DNA of 64,000 nt from the human T2T-CHM13v2.0 reference genome, Homo sapiens: assembly GCF_009914755.1 (NCBI RefSeq), contig NC_060946.1; one strand, written 5' to 3'. Made by a program: the position numbers and the translations under genes. Under the pieces are notes generated by a model. The model searched no databases. It was given only the letters and a program-made list of their open reading frames with translations, and had not been told where the DNA came from. Shown in pieces: positions 24,601-38,500 of this stretch (positions within the stretch are counted from its first letter, which is position 1; every line of letters starts with the position of its first letter).

Positions 24601-27600
24601 TTATGGGAAGATATTTGCTTTTTCACCGTAGGCCTCAGAGCGCTCCAAATATCCACTTGCACATACTACAAAAAGAGTGCCTCAAAGCTGCTCTTTGAAA
24701 CGGAATGTTCAACTCTATGAGTTGAATGCAAACATCACAAAGACGTTTCTGAGAATGCTTCTGTCTAGATTTGATATGAAGATATTCCCGTTTCCAACGA
24801 AATCTTCAAATCTATCCAAATGTCCACTTGCAGATTCAACAAAAAGTGTTTTTCAGAACTGCTCTATCAAAAGAAAGATCCACCTCTGTTAGCTGAGTTC
24901 ACACATCACAAACAAGTTTATGAGAATGCTTCTGTCTAGTTTTTATTTGAAGATATTTCCTTTCTCACCATAGACCTGAAAGCTGTCTTAATGTTCACTT
25001 CCAGATACTACAGAAAGAGTGTTTCAAAACTGCTGTATGAAAGGGAATGTTCAACTCTGTGACTTGAATGCACACATCACAAAGAAGTTTCTGAGGATGC
25101 TGCTGTCTACTTTTTATACGTAATCCCGTTTCCAACGAAATCCTCCAAGCTATCCAAATATCCACTTGCAGATTCCACAGAAAGACTGTTTCAAAACTGC
25201 TCTGTCAATAGAAAGGTTCAACTCTGTTAGCTGCGTGCATATATCCCAAAGAAGATTCTGAGATTGCTTCTGTCTAGTTTTTATGGGAAGATATTTCCCT
25301 TTTCACCGTAGGCGTCAAGGCGCTCCAAATGTCCACTTCCAGATACTACAAAAAGAGTGTTTCAAACCTACTCTGTGAAAGGGAATATTCAACTCTGTGA
25401 CTTGAATGCAGATATCACAAAGAAGTTTCTGAGAATGCTTCTGTCGAGATTTTATATGAAGATATTCCCGTTTCCAACGAAATCCTGAAATCTATCCAAA
25501 TATCCCCTCGCAGATTCTACAAAAAGAGTGTTTCAAAACTGTTCTGTAAAAAGAAAGGTTCAACTCTGTTAGTTGAGTACACACATCACAAACAAGTATC
25601 ACAGAATGCTTCTTTCTAGCTTGTAGGGAAAGATATTCCCTTTATCACCATGGGCCTCAAACCGTCCGAAACGTCCACTTCCATATACTTCAAAAAGAGC
25701 GTTTCAAACCTGCTCTATGAAAGGCAATGTTCAACTCTGTGACTTGAATGCAGACATCACAGAGCTGTTTCTGAGAATGCTTGTGTCTAGATTTTATAGG
25801 AAGATATTCCCGTTTCCAACGAAATCTTCACAGCTATCCAAATATCCACTTGCAGATTCTACAAAAAGAGTGTATCAAAACTGCTCTGTCAAAAGGAAGG
25901 TTCTTCTCTGTTAGGTGAGTGCATACGTCATAAAGGAGTTTCTGAGAATGTTTCTGTCTAGTGGTTATGGGAAGATATTTGCTTTTTCACCGTAGGCCTC
26001 AGAGCGCTCCAAATATCCACTTGCACATACTACAGAAAGAGTGCCTCAAAGCTGCTCTCTGAAATGGAATGTTCAACTCTATGAGTTGAATGCAAACATC
26101 ACAAAGACGTTTCTGAGAATGCTTCTGTCTAGATTTGATATGAAGATATTCCCGTTTCCAACGAAATCTTCAAATCTATCCAAATGTCCACTTGCAGATT
26201 CAACAAAAAGTGTTTTTCAGAACTGCTCTATCAAAAGAAAGATCCACCTCTGTTAGCTGAGTTCACACATCCAAACAAGTTTATGAGAATGCTTCTGTCT
26301 AGTTTTTATTTGAAGATATTTCCTTTCTCACCATAGACCTGAAAGCTGTCCTAATGTTCACTTCCAGATACCACAGAAAGAGTGTTTAAAAACTGCTGTA
26401 CGAAAGGGAATGTTCAACTCTGTGACTTGAATGCACACATCACAAAGAAGTTTCTGAGGATGCTGCTTTCTACTTTTTATACGTAATCCCGTTTCCAACG
26501 AAATCCTCCAAGCTATCCAAATATCCACTTGCAGATTCCACAGAAAGACTGTTTCAAAACTGCTCTGTCAATAGAAAGGTTCAACTCTGTTAGCTGCGTG
26601 CATATATCCCAAAGAAGATTCTGAGATTGCTTCTGTCTAGTTTTTATGGGAAGATATTTCCCTTTTCACCGTAGGTGTCAAGGCGCTCCAAATGTCCACT
26701 TCCAGATACTACAAAAAGAGTGTTTCAAACCTACTCTGTGAAAGGGAATATTCAACTCTGTGACTTTAATGCACATATCACAAAGAAGTTTCTGAGAATG
26801 CTTCTGTCGAGATTTTATATGAAGATATTCCCGTTTCCAAAGAAATCCTGAAATCTATCCAAATATCCCCTCGCAGATTCTACAAAAAGAGTGTTTCAAA
26901 ACTGCTCTGTAAAAAGAAAGGTTCAACTCTGTTAGTTGAGTACACACATCACAAACAAGTTTCACAGAATGCTTCTTTCTAGCTTGTAGGGGAAGATATT
27001 CCCTTTATCACCATGGGCCTCCAACCGTCCGAAACGTCCACTTCCATATACTACAAAAAGAGCGTTTCAAACCTGCTCTATGAAACGCAATGTTCAACTC
27101 TGTGACTTGAATGCAGACATCACAGAGCAGTTTCTGAGAATGCTTCTGTCTAGATTTTATAGGAAGATATTCCCGTTTCCAACGAAATCTTCACAGCTAT
27201 CCAAATATCCACTTGCAGATTCTACAAAAAGAGTGTATCAAAACTGCTCTGTCAAAAGGAAGGTTCTTCTCTGTTAGGTGAGTGCATACGTCATAAAGGA
27301 GTTTCTGAGAATGTTTCTGTCTAGTGGTTATGGGAAGATATTTGCTTTTTCACCGTAGGCCTCAGAGCGCTCCAAATATCCACTTGCACATACTACAAAA
27401 AGAGTGCCTCAAAGCTGCTCTCTGAAACGGAATGTTCAACTCTATGAGTTGAATGCAAACATCACAAAGACGTTTCTGAGAATGCTTCTGTCTAGATTTG
27501 ATATGAAGATATTCCCGTTTCCAACGAAATCTTCAAATCTATCCAAATGTCCACTTGCAGATTCAACAAAAAGTGTTTTTCAGAACTGCTCTATCAAAAG

Positions 27601-28209
27601 AAAGATCCACCTCTGTTAGCTGAGTTCACACATCACAAACAAGTTTATGAGAATGCTTCTGTCTAGTTTTTATTTGAAGATATTTCCTTTCTCACCATAG
27701 ACCTGAAAGCTGTCCTAATGTTCACTTCCAGATACTACAGAAAGAGTGTTTCAAAACTGCTGTATGAAAGGGAATGTTCAACTCTGTGACTTGAATGCAC
27801 ACATCACAAAGAAGTTTCTGAGGATGCTGCTGTCTACTTTTTATATGTAATCCCGTTTCCAACGAAATCCTCCAAGCTATCCAAATATCCACTTGCAGAT
27901 TCCACAGAAAGACTGTTTCAAAACTGCTCTGTCAATAGAAAGGTTCAACTCTGTTAGCTGCGTGCATATATCCCAAAGAAGATTCTGAGATTGCTTCTGT
28001 CTAGTTTTTATGGGAAGATATTTCCCTTTTCACCGTAGGCGTCAAGGCGCTCCAAATGTCCACTTCCAGATACTACAAAAAGAGTGTTTCAAACCTACTC
28101 TGTGAAAGGGAATATTCAACTCTGTGACTTGAATGCACATATCACAAAGAAGTTTCTGAGAATGCTTCTGTCGAGATTTTATATGAAGATATTCCCGTTT
28201 CCAACGAAA

Positions 28210-31200
28210 TCCTGAAATCTATCCAAATATCCCCTCGCAGATTCTACAAAAAGAGTGTTTCAAAACTGCTCTGTAAAAAGAAAGGTTCAACTCTGTTAGT
28301 TGAGTACACACATCACAAACAAGTTTCACAGAATGCTTCTTTCTAGCTTGTAGGGGAAGATATTCCCTTTATCACCATGGGCCTCCAACCGTCCGAAACG
28401 TCCACTTCCATATACTACAAAAAGAGCGTTTCAAACCTGCTCTATGAAACGCAATGTTCAACTCTGTGACTTGAATGCAGACATCACAGAGCAGTTTCTG
28501 AGAATGCTTCTGTCTAGATTTTATAGGAAGATATTCCCGTTTCCAACGAAATCTTCACAGCTATCCAAATATCCACTTGCAGATTCTACAAAAAGAGTGT
28601 ATCAAAACTGCTCTGTCAAAAGGAAGGTTCTTCTCTGTTAGGTGAGTGCATACGTCATAAAGGAGTTTCTGAGAATGTTTCTGTCTAGTGGTTATGGGAA
28701 GATATTTGCTTTTTCACCGTAGGCCTCAGAGCGCTCCAAATATCCACTTGCACATACTACAAAAAGAGTGCCTCAAAGCTGCTCTCTGAAACGGAATGTT
28801 CAACTCTATGAGTTGAATGCAAACATCACAAAGACGTTTCTGAGAATGCTTCTGTCTAGATTTGATATGAAGATATTCCCGTTTCCAACGAAATCTTCAA
28901 ATCTATCCAAATGTCCACTTGCAGATTCAACAAAAAGTGTTTTTCAGAACTGCTCTATCAAAAGAAAGATCCACCTCTGTTAGCTGAGTTCACACATCAC
29001 AAACAAGTTTATGAGAATGCTTCTGTCTAGTTTTTATTTGAAGATATTTCCTTTCTCACCATAGACCTGAAAGCTGTCCTAATGTTCACTTCCAGATACT
29101 ACAGAAAGAGTGTTTCAAAACTGCTGTATGAAAGGGAATGTTCAACTCTGTGACTTGAATGCACACATCACAAAGAAGTTTCTGAGGATGCTGCTGTCTA
29201 CTTTTTATATGTAATCCCGTTTCCAACGAAATCCTCCAAGCTATCCAAATATCCACTTGCAGATTCCACAGAAAGACTGTTTCAAAACTGCTCTGTCAAT
29301 AGAAAGGTTCAACTCTGTTAGCTGCGTGCATATATCCCAAAGAAGATTCTGAGATTGCTTCTGTCTAGTTTTTATGGGAAGATATTTCCCTTTTCACCGT
29401 AGGCGTCAAGGCGCTCCAAATGTCCACTTCCAGATACTACAAAAAGAGTGTTTCAAACCTACTCTGTGAAAGGGAATATTCAACTCTGTGACTTGAATGC
29501 ACATATCACAAAGAAGTTTCTGAGAATGCTTCTGTCGAGATTTTATATGAAGATATTCCCGTTTCCAACGAAATCCTGAAATCTATCCAAATATCCCCTC
29601 GCAGATTCTACAAAAAGAGTGTTTCAAAACTGCTCTGTAAAAAGAAAGGTTCAACTCTGTTACTTGAGTACACACATCACAAACAAGTTTCACAGAATGC
29701 TTCTTTCTAGCTTGTAGGGGAAGATATTCCCTTTATCACCATGGTCTTCAAACCGTACGAAACGTCCACTTCCATATACTACAAAAAGAGTGTTTCAAAC
29801 CTGCTCTATGAAAGGCAATGTTCAACTCTGTGACTTGAATGCAGACATCACAGAGCAGTTTCTGAGAATGCTTCTGTCTAGATTTTATAGGAAGATATTC
29901 CCGTTTCCAACGAAATCTTCACAGCTATCCAAATATCCACTTGCAGATTCTACAAAAAGAGTGTATCAAAACTGCTCTGTCAAAAGGAAGGTTCTTCTCT
30001 GTTAGGTGAGTGCATACGTCATAAAGGAGTTTCTGAGAATGTTTCTGTCTAGTGGTTATGGGAAGATATTTGCTTTTTCCCCGTAGACCTCAGAGCGCTC
30101 CAAATGTCCACTTGCACATGCTACAAAAAGAGTGCTTCAAAGCTGCTCTCTGAAAGGGAATGTTCAACTCTATGAGTTGAATGTAAACATCACAAAGACG
30201 TTTCTGAGAATGCTTCTGTCTAGATTTGATATGAAGATATTCCCGTTTCCAACGAAATCTTCAAATCTATCCAAATGTCCACTTGCAGATTCAACAAAAA
30301 GTGTTTTTCAAAACTGCTGTATCAAAAGAAAGATCCACGTCTGTTAGCTGAGTTCACACATCACAAACAAGTTTATGAGAATGCTTCTGTCTAGTTTTTA
30401 TTTGAAGATATTTCCTTTCTCACCATAGACCTGAAAGCTGTCCTAATGTTCACTTCCAGATACTACAGAAAGAGTGTTTCAAAACTGCTGTACGAAAGGG
30501 AATGTTCAACTCTGTGACTTGAATGCACACATCACAAAGAAGTTTCTGAGGATGCTGCTGTCTACTTTTTATACGTAATCCCGTTTCCAACGAAATCCTC
30601 CAAGCTATCCAAATATCCACTTGCAGATTCCACAGAAAGACTGTTTCAAAACTGCTCTGTCAATAGAAAGGTTCAACTCTGTTAGCTGCGTGCATATATC
30701 CCAAAGAAGATTTTGAGATTGCTTCTGTCTAGTTTTTATGGGAAGATATTTCCCTTTTCACCGTAGGTGTCAAGGCTCTCCAAATGTCCACTTCCAGATA
30801 CTACAAAAAGAGTGTTTCAAACCTACTCTGTGAAAGGGAATATTCAACTCTGTGACTTTAATGCACATATCACAAAGAAGTTTCTGAGAATGCTTCTGTC
30901 GAGATTTTATATGAAGATATTCCCGTTTCCAAAGAAATCCTGAAATCTATCCAAATATCCCCTCGCAGATTCTACAAAAAGAGTGTTTCAAAACTGCTCT
31001 GTAAAAAGAAAGGTTCAACTCTGTTAGTTGAGTACACACATCACAAACAAGTTTCACAGAATGCTTCTTTCTAGCTTGTAGGGGAAGATATTCCCTTTAT
31101 CACCATGGGCCTCCAACCGTCCGAAACGTCCACTTCCATATACTACAAAAAGAGCGTTTCAAACCTGCTCTAGGAAAGGCAATGTTCAACTCTGTGACTT

Positions 31201-34200
31201 GAATGCAGACATCACAGAGCAGTTTCTGAGAATGCTTCTGTCTAGATTTTATAGGAAGATATTCCCGTTTCCAACGAAATCTTCACAGCTATCCAAATAT
31301 CCACTTGCAGATTCTACAAAAAGAGTGTATCAAAACTGCTCTGTCAAAAGGAAGGTTCTTCTCTGTTAGGTGAGTGCATACGTCATAAAGGAGTTTCTGA
31401 GAATGTTTCTGTCTAGTGGTTATGGGAAGATATTTGCTTTTTCACCATAGGCCTCAGAGCGCTCCAAATATCCACTTGCACATACTACAAAAAGAGTGCC
31501 TCAAAGCTGCTCTTTGAAACGGAATGTTCAACTCTATGAGTTGAATGCAAACATCACAAAGACGTTTCTGAGAATGCTTCTGTCTAGATTTGATATGAAG
31601 ATATTCCCGTTTCCAACGAAATCTTCAAATCTATCCAAATGTCCACTTGCAGATTCAACAAAAAGTGTTTTTCAGAACTGCTCTATCAAAAGAAAGATCC
31701 ACCTCTGTTAGCTGAGTTCACACATCACAAACAAGTTTATGAGAATGCTTCTGTCTAGTTTTTATTTGAAGATATTTCCTTTCTCACCATAGACCTGAAA
31801 GCTGTCCTAATGTTCACTTCCAGATACTACAGAAAGAGTGTTTCAAAACTGCTGTACGAAAGGGAATGTTCAACTCTGTGACTTGAATGCACACATCACA
31901 AAGAAGTTTCTGAGGATGCTGCTGTCTACTTTTTATACGTAATCCCGTTTCCAACGAAATCCTCCAAGCTATCCAAATATCCACTTGCAGATTCCACAGA
32001 AAGACTGTTTCAAAACTGCTCTGTCAATAGAAAGGTTCAACTCTGTTAGCTGCATGCATATATCCCAAAGAAGATTCTGAGATTGCTTCTGTCTAGTTTT
32101 TATGGGAAGATATTTCCCTTTTCACCGTAGGCGTCAAGGCGCTCCAAATGTCCACTTCCAGATACTACAAAAAGAGTGTTTCAAACCTACTCTGTGAAAG
32201 GGAATATTCAACTCTGTGACTTGAATGCACATATCACAAAGAAGTTTCTGAGAATGCTTCTGTCGAGATTTTATATGAAGATATTCCCGTTTCCAACGAA
32301 ATCCTGAAATCTATCCAAATATCCCCTCGCAGATTCTACAAAAAGAGTGTTTCAAAACTGTTCTGTAAAAAGAAAGGTTCAACTCTGTTAGTTGAGTACA
32401 CACATCACAAACAAGTATCACAGAATGCTTCTTTCTAGCTTGTAGGGAAAGATATTCCCTTTATCACCATGGGCCTCAAACCGTCCGAAACGTCCACTTC
32501 CATATACTTCAAAAAGAGCGTTTCAAACCTGCTCTATGAAAGGCAATGGTCAACTCTGTGACTTGAATGCAGACATCACAGAGCTGTTTCTGAGAATGCT
32601 TCTGTCTAGATTTTATAGGATGATATTCCCGTTTCCAACGAAATCTTCACAGCTATCCAAATATCCACTTGCAGATTCTACAAAAAGAGTGTATCCAAAC
32701 TGCTCTGGCAAAAGGAAGGTTCTTCTCTGTTAGGTGAGTGCATACGTCATAAAGGAGTTTCTGAGAATGTTTCTGTCTAGTGGTTATGGGAAGATATTTG
32801 CTTTTTCACCGTAGGCCTCAGAGCGCTCCAAATATCCACTTGCACATACTACAAAAAGAGTGCCTCAAAGCTGCTCTCTGAAATGGAATGTTCAACTCTA
32901 TGAGTTGAATGCAAACATCACAAAGACGTTTCTGAGAATGCTTCTGTCTAGATTTGATATGAAGATATTCCCGTTTCCAACGAAATCTTCAAATCTATCC
33001 AAATGTCCACTTGCAGATTCAACAAAAAGTGTTTTTCAGAACTGCTCTATCAAAAGAAAGATCCTCCTCTGTTAGCTGAGTTCACACATCCAAACAAGTT
33101 TATGAGAATGCTTCTGTCTAGTTTTTATTTGAAGATATTTCCTTTCTCACCATAGACCTGAAAGCTGTCCTAATGTTCACTTCCAGATACCACAGAAAGA
33201 GTGTTTAAAAACTGCTGTACGAAAGGGAATGTTCAACTCTGTGACTTGAATGCACACATCACAAAGAAGTTTCTGAGGATGCTGCTGTCTACTTTTTATA
33301 CGTAATCCCGTTTCCAACGAAATCCTCCAAGCTATCCAAATATCCACTTGCAGATTCCACAGAAAGACTGTTTCAAAACTGCTCTGTCAATAGAAAGGTT
33401 CAACTCTGTTAGCTGCGTGCATATATCCCAAAGAAGATTCTGAGATTGCTTCTGTCTAGTTTTTATGGGAAGATATTCCCCTTTTCACCGTAGGTGTCAA
33501 GGCGCTCCAAATGTCCACTTCCAGATACTACAAAAAGAGTGTTTCAAACCTACTCTGTGAAAGGGAATATTCAACTCTGTGACTTTAATGCACATATCAC
33601 AAAGAAGTTTCTGAGAATGCTTCTGTCGAGATTTTATATGAAGATATTCCCGTTTCCAAAGAAATCCTGAAATCTATCCAAATATCCCCTCGCAGATTCT
33701 ACAAAAAGAGTGTTTCAAAACTGCTCTGTAAAAAGAAAGGTTCAACTCTGTTAGTTGAGTACACACATCACAAACAAGTTTCACAGAATGCTTCTTTCTA
33801 GCTTGTAGGGGAAGATATTCCCTTTATCACCATGGGCCTCCAACCGTCCGAAACGTCCACTTCCATATACTACAAAAAGAGCGTTTCAAACCTGCTCTAT
33901 GAAAGGCAATGTTCAACTCTGTGACTTGAATGCAGACATCACAGAGCAGTTTCTGAGAATGCTTCTGTCTAGATTTTATAGGAAGATATTCCCGTTTCCA
34001 ACGAAATCTTCACAGCTATCCAAATATCCACTTGCAGATTCTACAAAAAGAGTGTATCAAAACTGCTCTGTCAAAAGGAAGGTTCTTCTCTGTTAGGTGA
34101 GTGCATACGTCATAAAGGAGTTTCTGAGAATGTTTCTGTCTAGTGGTTATGGGAAGATATTTGCTTTTTCACCGTAGGCCTCAGAGCGCTCCAAATATCC

Positions 34201-35510
34201 ACTTGCACATACTACAAAAAGAGTGCCTCAAAGCTGCTCTGTGAAACGGAATGTTCAACTCTATGAGTTGAATGCAAACATCACAAAGACGTTTCTGAGA
34301 ATGCTTCTGTCTAGATTTGATATGAAGATATTCCCGTTTCCAACGAAATCTTCAAATCTATCCAAATGTCCACTTGCAGATTCAACAAAAAGTGTTTTTC
34401 AGAACTGCTCTATCAAAAGAAAGATCCACGTCTGTTAGCTGAGTTCACACATCACAAACAAGTTTATGAGAATGCTTCTGTCTAGTTTTTATTTGAAGAT
34501 ATTTCCTTTCTCACCATAGACCTGAAAGCTGTCCTAATGTTCACTTCCAGATACTACAGAAAGAGTGTTTCAAAACTGCTGTATGAAAGGGAATGTTCAA
34601 CTCTGTGACTTGAATGCACACATCCCAAAGAAGTTTCTGAGGATGCTGCTGTCTACTTTTTATATGTAATCCCGTTTCCAACGAAATCCTCCAAGCTATC
34701 CAAATATCCACTTGCAGATTCCACAGAAAGACTGTTTCAAAACTGCTCTGTCAATAGAAAGGTTCAACTCTGTTAGCTGCGTGCATATATCCCAAAGAAG
34801 ATTCTGAGATTGCTTCTGTCTAGTTTTTATGGGAAGATATTTCCCTTTTCACCGTAGGCGTCAAGGCGCTCCAAATGTCCACTTCCAGATACTACAAAAA
34901 GAGTGTTTCAAACCTACTCTGTGAAAGGGAATATTCAACTCTGTGACTTGAATGCACATATCACAAAGAAGTTTCTGATAATGCTTCTGTCGAGATTTTA
35001 TATGAAGATATTCCCGTTTCCAAAGAAATCCTGAAATCTATCCAAATATCGCCTCGCAGATTCTACAAAAAGAGTGTTTCAAAACTGCTCTGTAAAAAGA
35101 AAGGTTCAACTCTGTTAGTTGAGTACACACATCACAAACAAGTTTCACAGAATGCTTCTTTCTAGCTTGTAGGGGAAGATATTCCCTTTATCACCATGGG
35201 CCTCCAACCGTCCGAAACATCCAATTCCATATACTACAAAAAGAGCGTTTCAAACCTGCTCTAGGAAAGGCAATGTTCAACTCTGTGACTTGAATGCAGA
35301 CATCACAGAGCAGTTTCTGAGAATGCTTCTGTCTAGATTTTATAGGAAGATATTCCCGCTTCCAACGAAATCTTCACAGCTATCCAAATATCCACTTGCA
35401 GATTCTACAAAAAGAGTGTATCAAAACTGCTCTGTCAAAAGGAAGGTTCTTCTCTGTTAGGTGAGTGCATACGTCATAAAGGAGTTTCTGAGAATGTTTC
35501 TGTCTAGTGT
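28210..35510. repeat. Multi-HOR duplicated block, copy 2 (partner at -10910 bp)
   Basis: Carries the same rare variants as 17.3-24.6 kb. Edges are approximate. Confidence 0.85.
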
Positions 35511-38500
35511 TTATGGGAAGATATTTGCTTTTTCACCGTAGGCCTCAGAGCGCTCCAAATATCCACTTGCACATACTACAAAAAGAGTGCCTCAAAGCTG
35601 CTCTCTGAAACGGAATGTTCAACTCTATGAGTTGAATGCAAACATCACAAAGACGTTTCTGAGAATGCTTCTGTCTAGATTTGATATGAAGATATTCCCG
35701 TTTCCAACGAAATCTTCAAATCTATCCAAATGTCCACTTGCAGATTCAACAAAAAGTGTTTTTCAGAACTGCTCTATCAAAAGAAAGATCCACCTCTGTT
35801 AGCTGAGTTCACACATCACAAACAAGTTTATGAGAATGCTTCTGTCTAGTTTTTATTTGAAGATATTTCCTTTCTCACCATAGACCTGAAAGCTGTCCTA
35901 ATGTTCACTTCCAGATACTACAGAAAGAGTGTTTCAAAACTGCTGTATGAAAGGGAATGTTCAACTCTGTGACTTGAATGCACACATCACAAAGAAGTTT
36001 CTGAGGATGCTGCTGTCTACTTTTTATAAGTAATCCCGTTTCCAACGAAATCCTCCAAGCTATCCAAATATCCACTTGCAGATTCCACAGAAAGACTGTT
36101 TCAAAACTGCTCTGTCAATAGAAAGGTTCAACTCTGTTAGCTGCGTGCATATATCCCAAAGAAGATTCTGAGATTGCTTCTGTCTAGTTTTTATGGGAAG
36201 ATATTTCCCTTTTCACCGTAGGCGTCAAGGCGCTCCAAATGTCCACTTCCAGATACTACAAAAAGAGTGTTTCAAACCTACTCTGTGAAAGGGAATATTC
36301 AACTCTGTGACTTGAATGCACATATCACAAAGAAGTTTCTGAGAATGCTTCTGTCGAGATTTTATATGAAGATATTCCCGTTTCCAACGAAATCCTGAAA
36401 TCTATCCAAATATCCCCTCGCAGATTCTACAAAAAGAGTGTTTCAAAACTGCTCTGTAAAAAGAAAGGTTCAACTCTGTTACTTGAGTACACACATCACA
36501 AACAAGTTTCACAGAATGCTTCTTTCTAGCTTGTAGGGGAAGATATTCCCTTTATCACCATGGTCTTCAAACCGTCCGAAACGTCCACTTCCATATACTA
36601 CAAAAAGAGTGTTTCAAACCTGCTCTATGAAAGGCAATGTTCAACTCTGTGACTTGAATGCAGACATCACAGAGCAGTTTCTGAGAATGCTTCTGTCTAG
36701 ATTTTATAGGAAGATATTCCCGTTTCCAACGAAATCTTCACAGCTATCCAAATATCCACTTGCAGATTCTACAAAAAGAGTGTATCAAAACTGCTCTGTC
36801 AAAAGGAAGGTTCTTCTCTGTTAGGTGAGTGCATACGTCATAAAGGAGTTTCTGAGAATGTTTCTGTCTAGTGGTTATGGGAAGATATTTGCTTTTTCCC
36901 CGTAGACCTCAGAGCGCTCCAAATGTCCACTTGCACATGCTACAAAAAGAGTGCTTCAAAGCTGCTCTCTGAAAGGGAATGTTCAACTCTATGAGTTGAA
37001 TGTAAACATCACAAAGACGTTTCTGAGAATGCTTCTGTCTAGATTTGATATGAAGATATTCCCGTTTCCAACGAAATCTTCAAATCTATCCAAATGTCCA
37101 CTTGCAGATTCAACAAAAAGTGTTTTTCAAAACTGCTGTATCAAAAGAAAGATCCACGTCTGTTAGCTGAGTTCACACATCACAAACAAGTTTATGAGAA
37201 TGCTTCTGTCTAGTTTTTATTTGAAGATATTTCCTTTCTCACCATAGACCTGAAAGCTGTCCTAATGTTCACTTCCAGATACTACAGAAAGAGTGTTTCA
37301 AAACTGCTGTACGAAAGGGAATGTTCAACTCTGTGACTTGAATGCACACATCACAAAGAAGTTTCTGAGGATGCTGCTGTCTACTTTTTATACGTAATCC
37401 CGTTTCCAACGAAATCCTCCAAGCTATCCAAATATCCACTTGCAGATTCCACAGAAAGACTGTTTCAAAACTGCTCTGTCAATAGAAAGGTTCAACTCTG
37501 TTAGCTGCGTGCATATATCCCAAAGAAGATTTTGAGATTGCTTCTGTCTAGTTTTTATGGGAAGATATTTCCCTTTTCACCGTAGGCGTCAAGGCGCTCC
37601 AAATGTCCACTTCCAGATACTACAAAAAGAGTGTTTCAAACCTACTCTGTGAAAGGGAATATTCAACTCTGTGACTTTAATGCACATATCACAAAGAAGT
37701 TTCTGAGAATGCTTCTGTCGAGATTTTATATGAAGATATTCCCGTTTCCAAAGAAATCCTGAAATCTATCCAAATATCCCCTCGCAGATTCTACAAAAAG
37801 AGTGTTTCAAAACTGCTCTGTAAAAAGAAAGGTTCAACTCTGTTAGTTGAGTACACACATCACAAACAAGTTTCACAGAATGCTTCTTTCTAGCTTGTAG
37901 GGGAAGATATTCCCTTTATCACCATGGGCCTCCAACCGTCCGAAACGTCCACTTCCATATACTACAAAAAGAGCGTTTCAAACCTGTTCTAGGAAAGGCA
38001 ATGTTCAACTCTGTGACTTGAATGCAGACATCACAGAGCAGTTTCTGAGAATGCTTCTGTCTAGATTTTATAGGAAGATATTCCCGTTTCCAACGAAATC
38101 TTCACAGCTATCCAAATATCCACTTGCAGATTCTACAAAAAGAGTGTATCAAAACTGCTCTGTCAAAAGGAAGGTTCTTCTCTGTTAGGTGAGTGCATAC
38201 GTCATAAAGGAGTTTCTGAGAATGTTTCTGTCTAGTGGTTATGGGAAGATATTTGCTTTTTCACCGTAGGCCTCAGAGCGCTCCAAATATCCACTTGCAC
38301 ATACTACAAAAAGAGTGCCTCAAAGCTGCTCTTTGAAACGGAATGTTCAACTCTATGAGTTGAATGCAAACATCACAAAGACGTTTCTGAGAATGCTTCT
38401 GTCTAGATTTGATATGAAGATATTCCCGTTTCCAACGAAATCTTCAAATCTATCCAAATGTCCACTTGCAGATTCAACAAAAAGTGTTTTTCAGAACTGC

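Noticed and set aside
35354-35370. tcccgcttccaacgaaa box variant
   Set aside because: It matches the permitted R position of the consensus.
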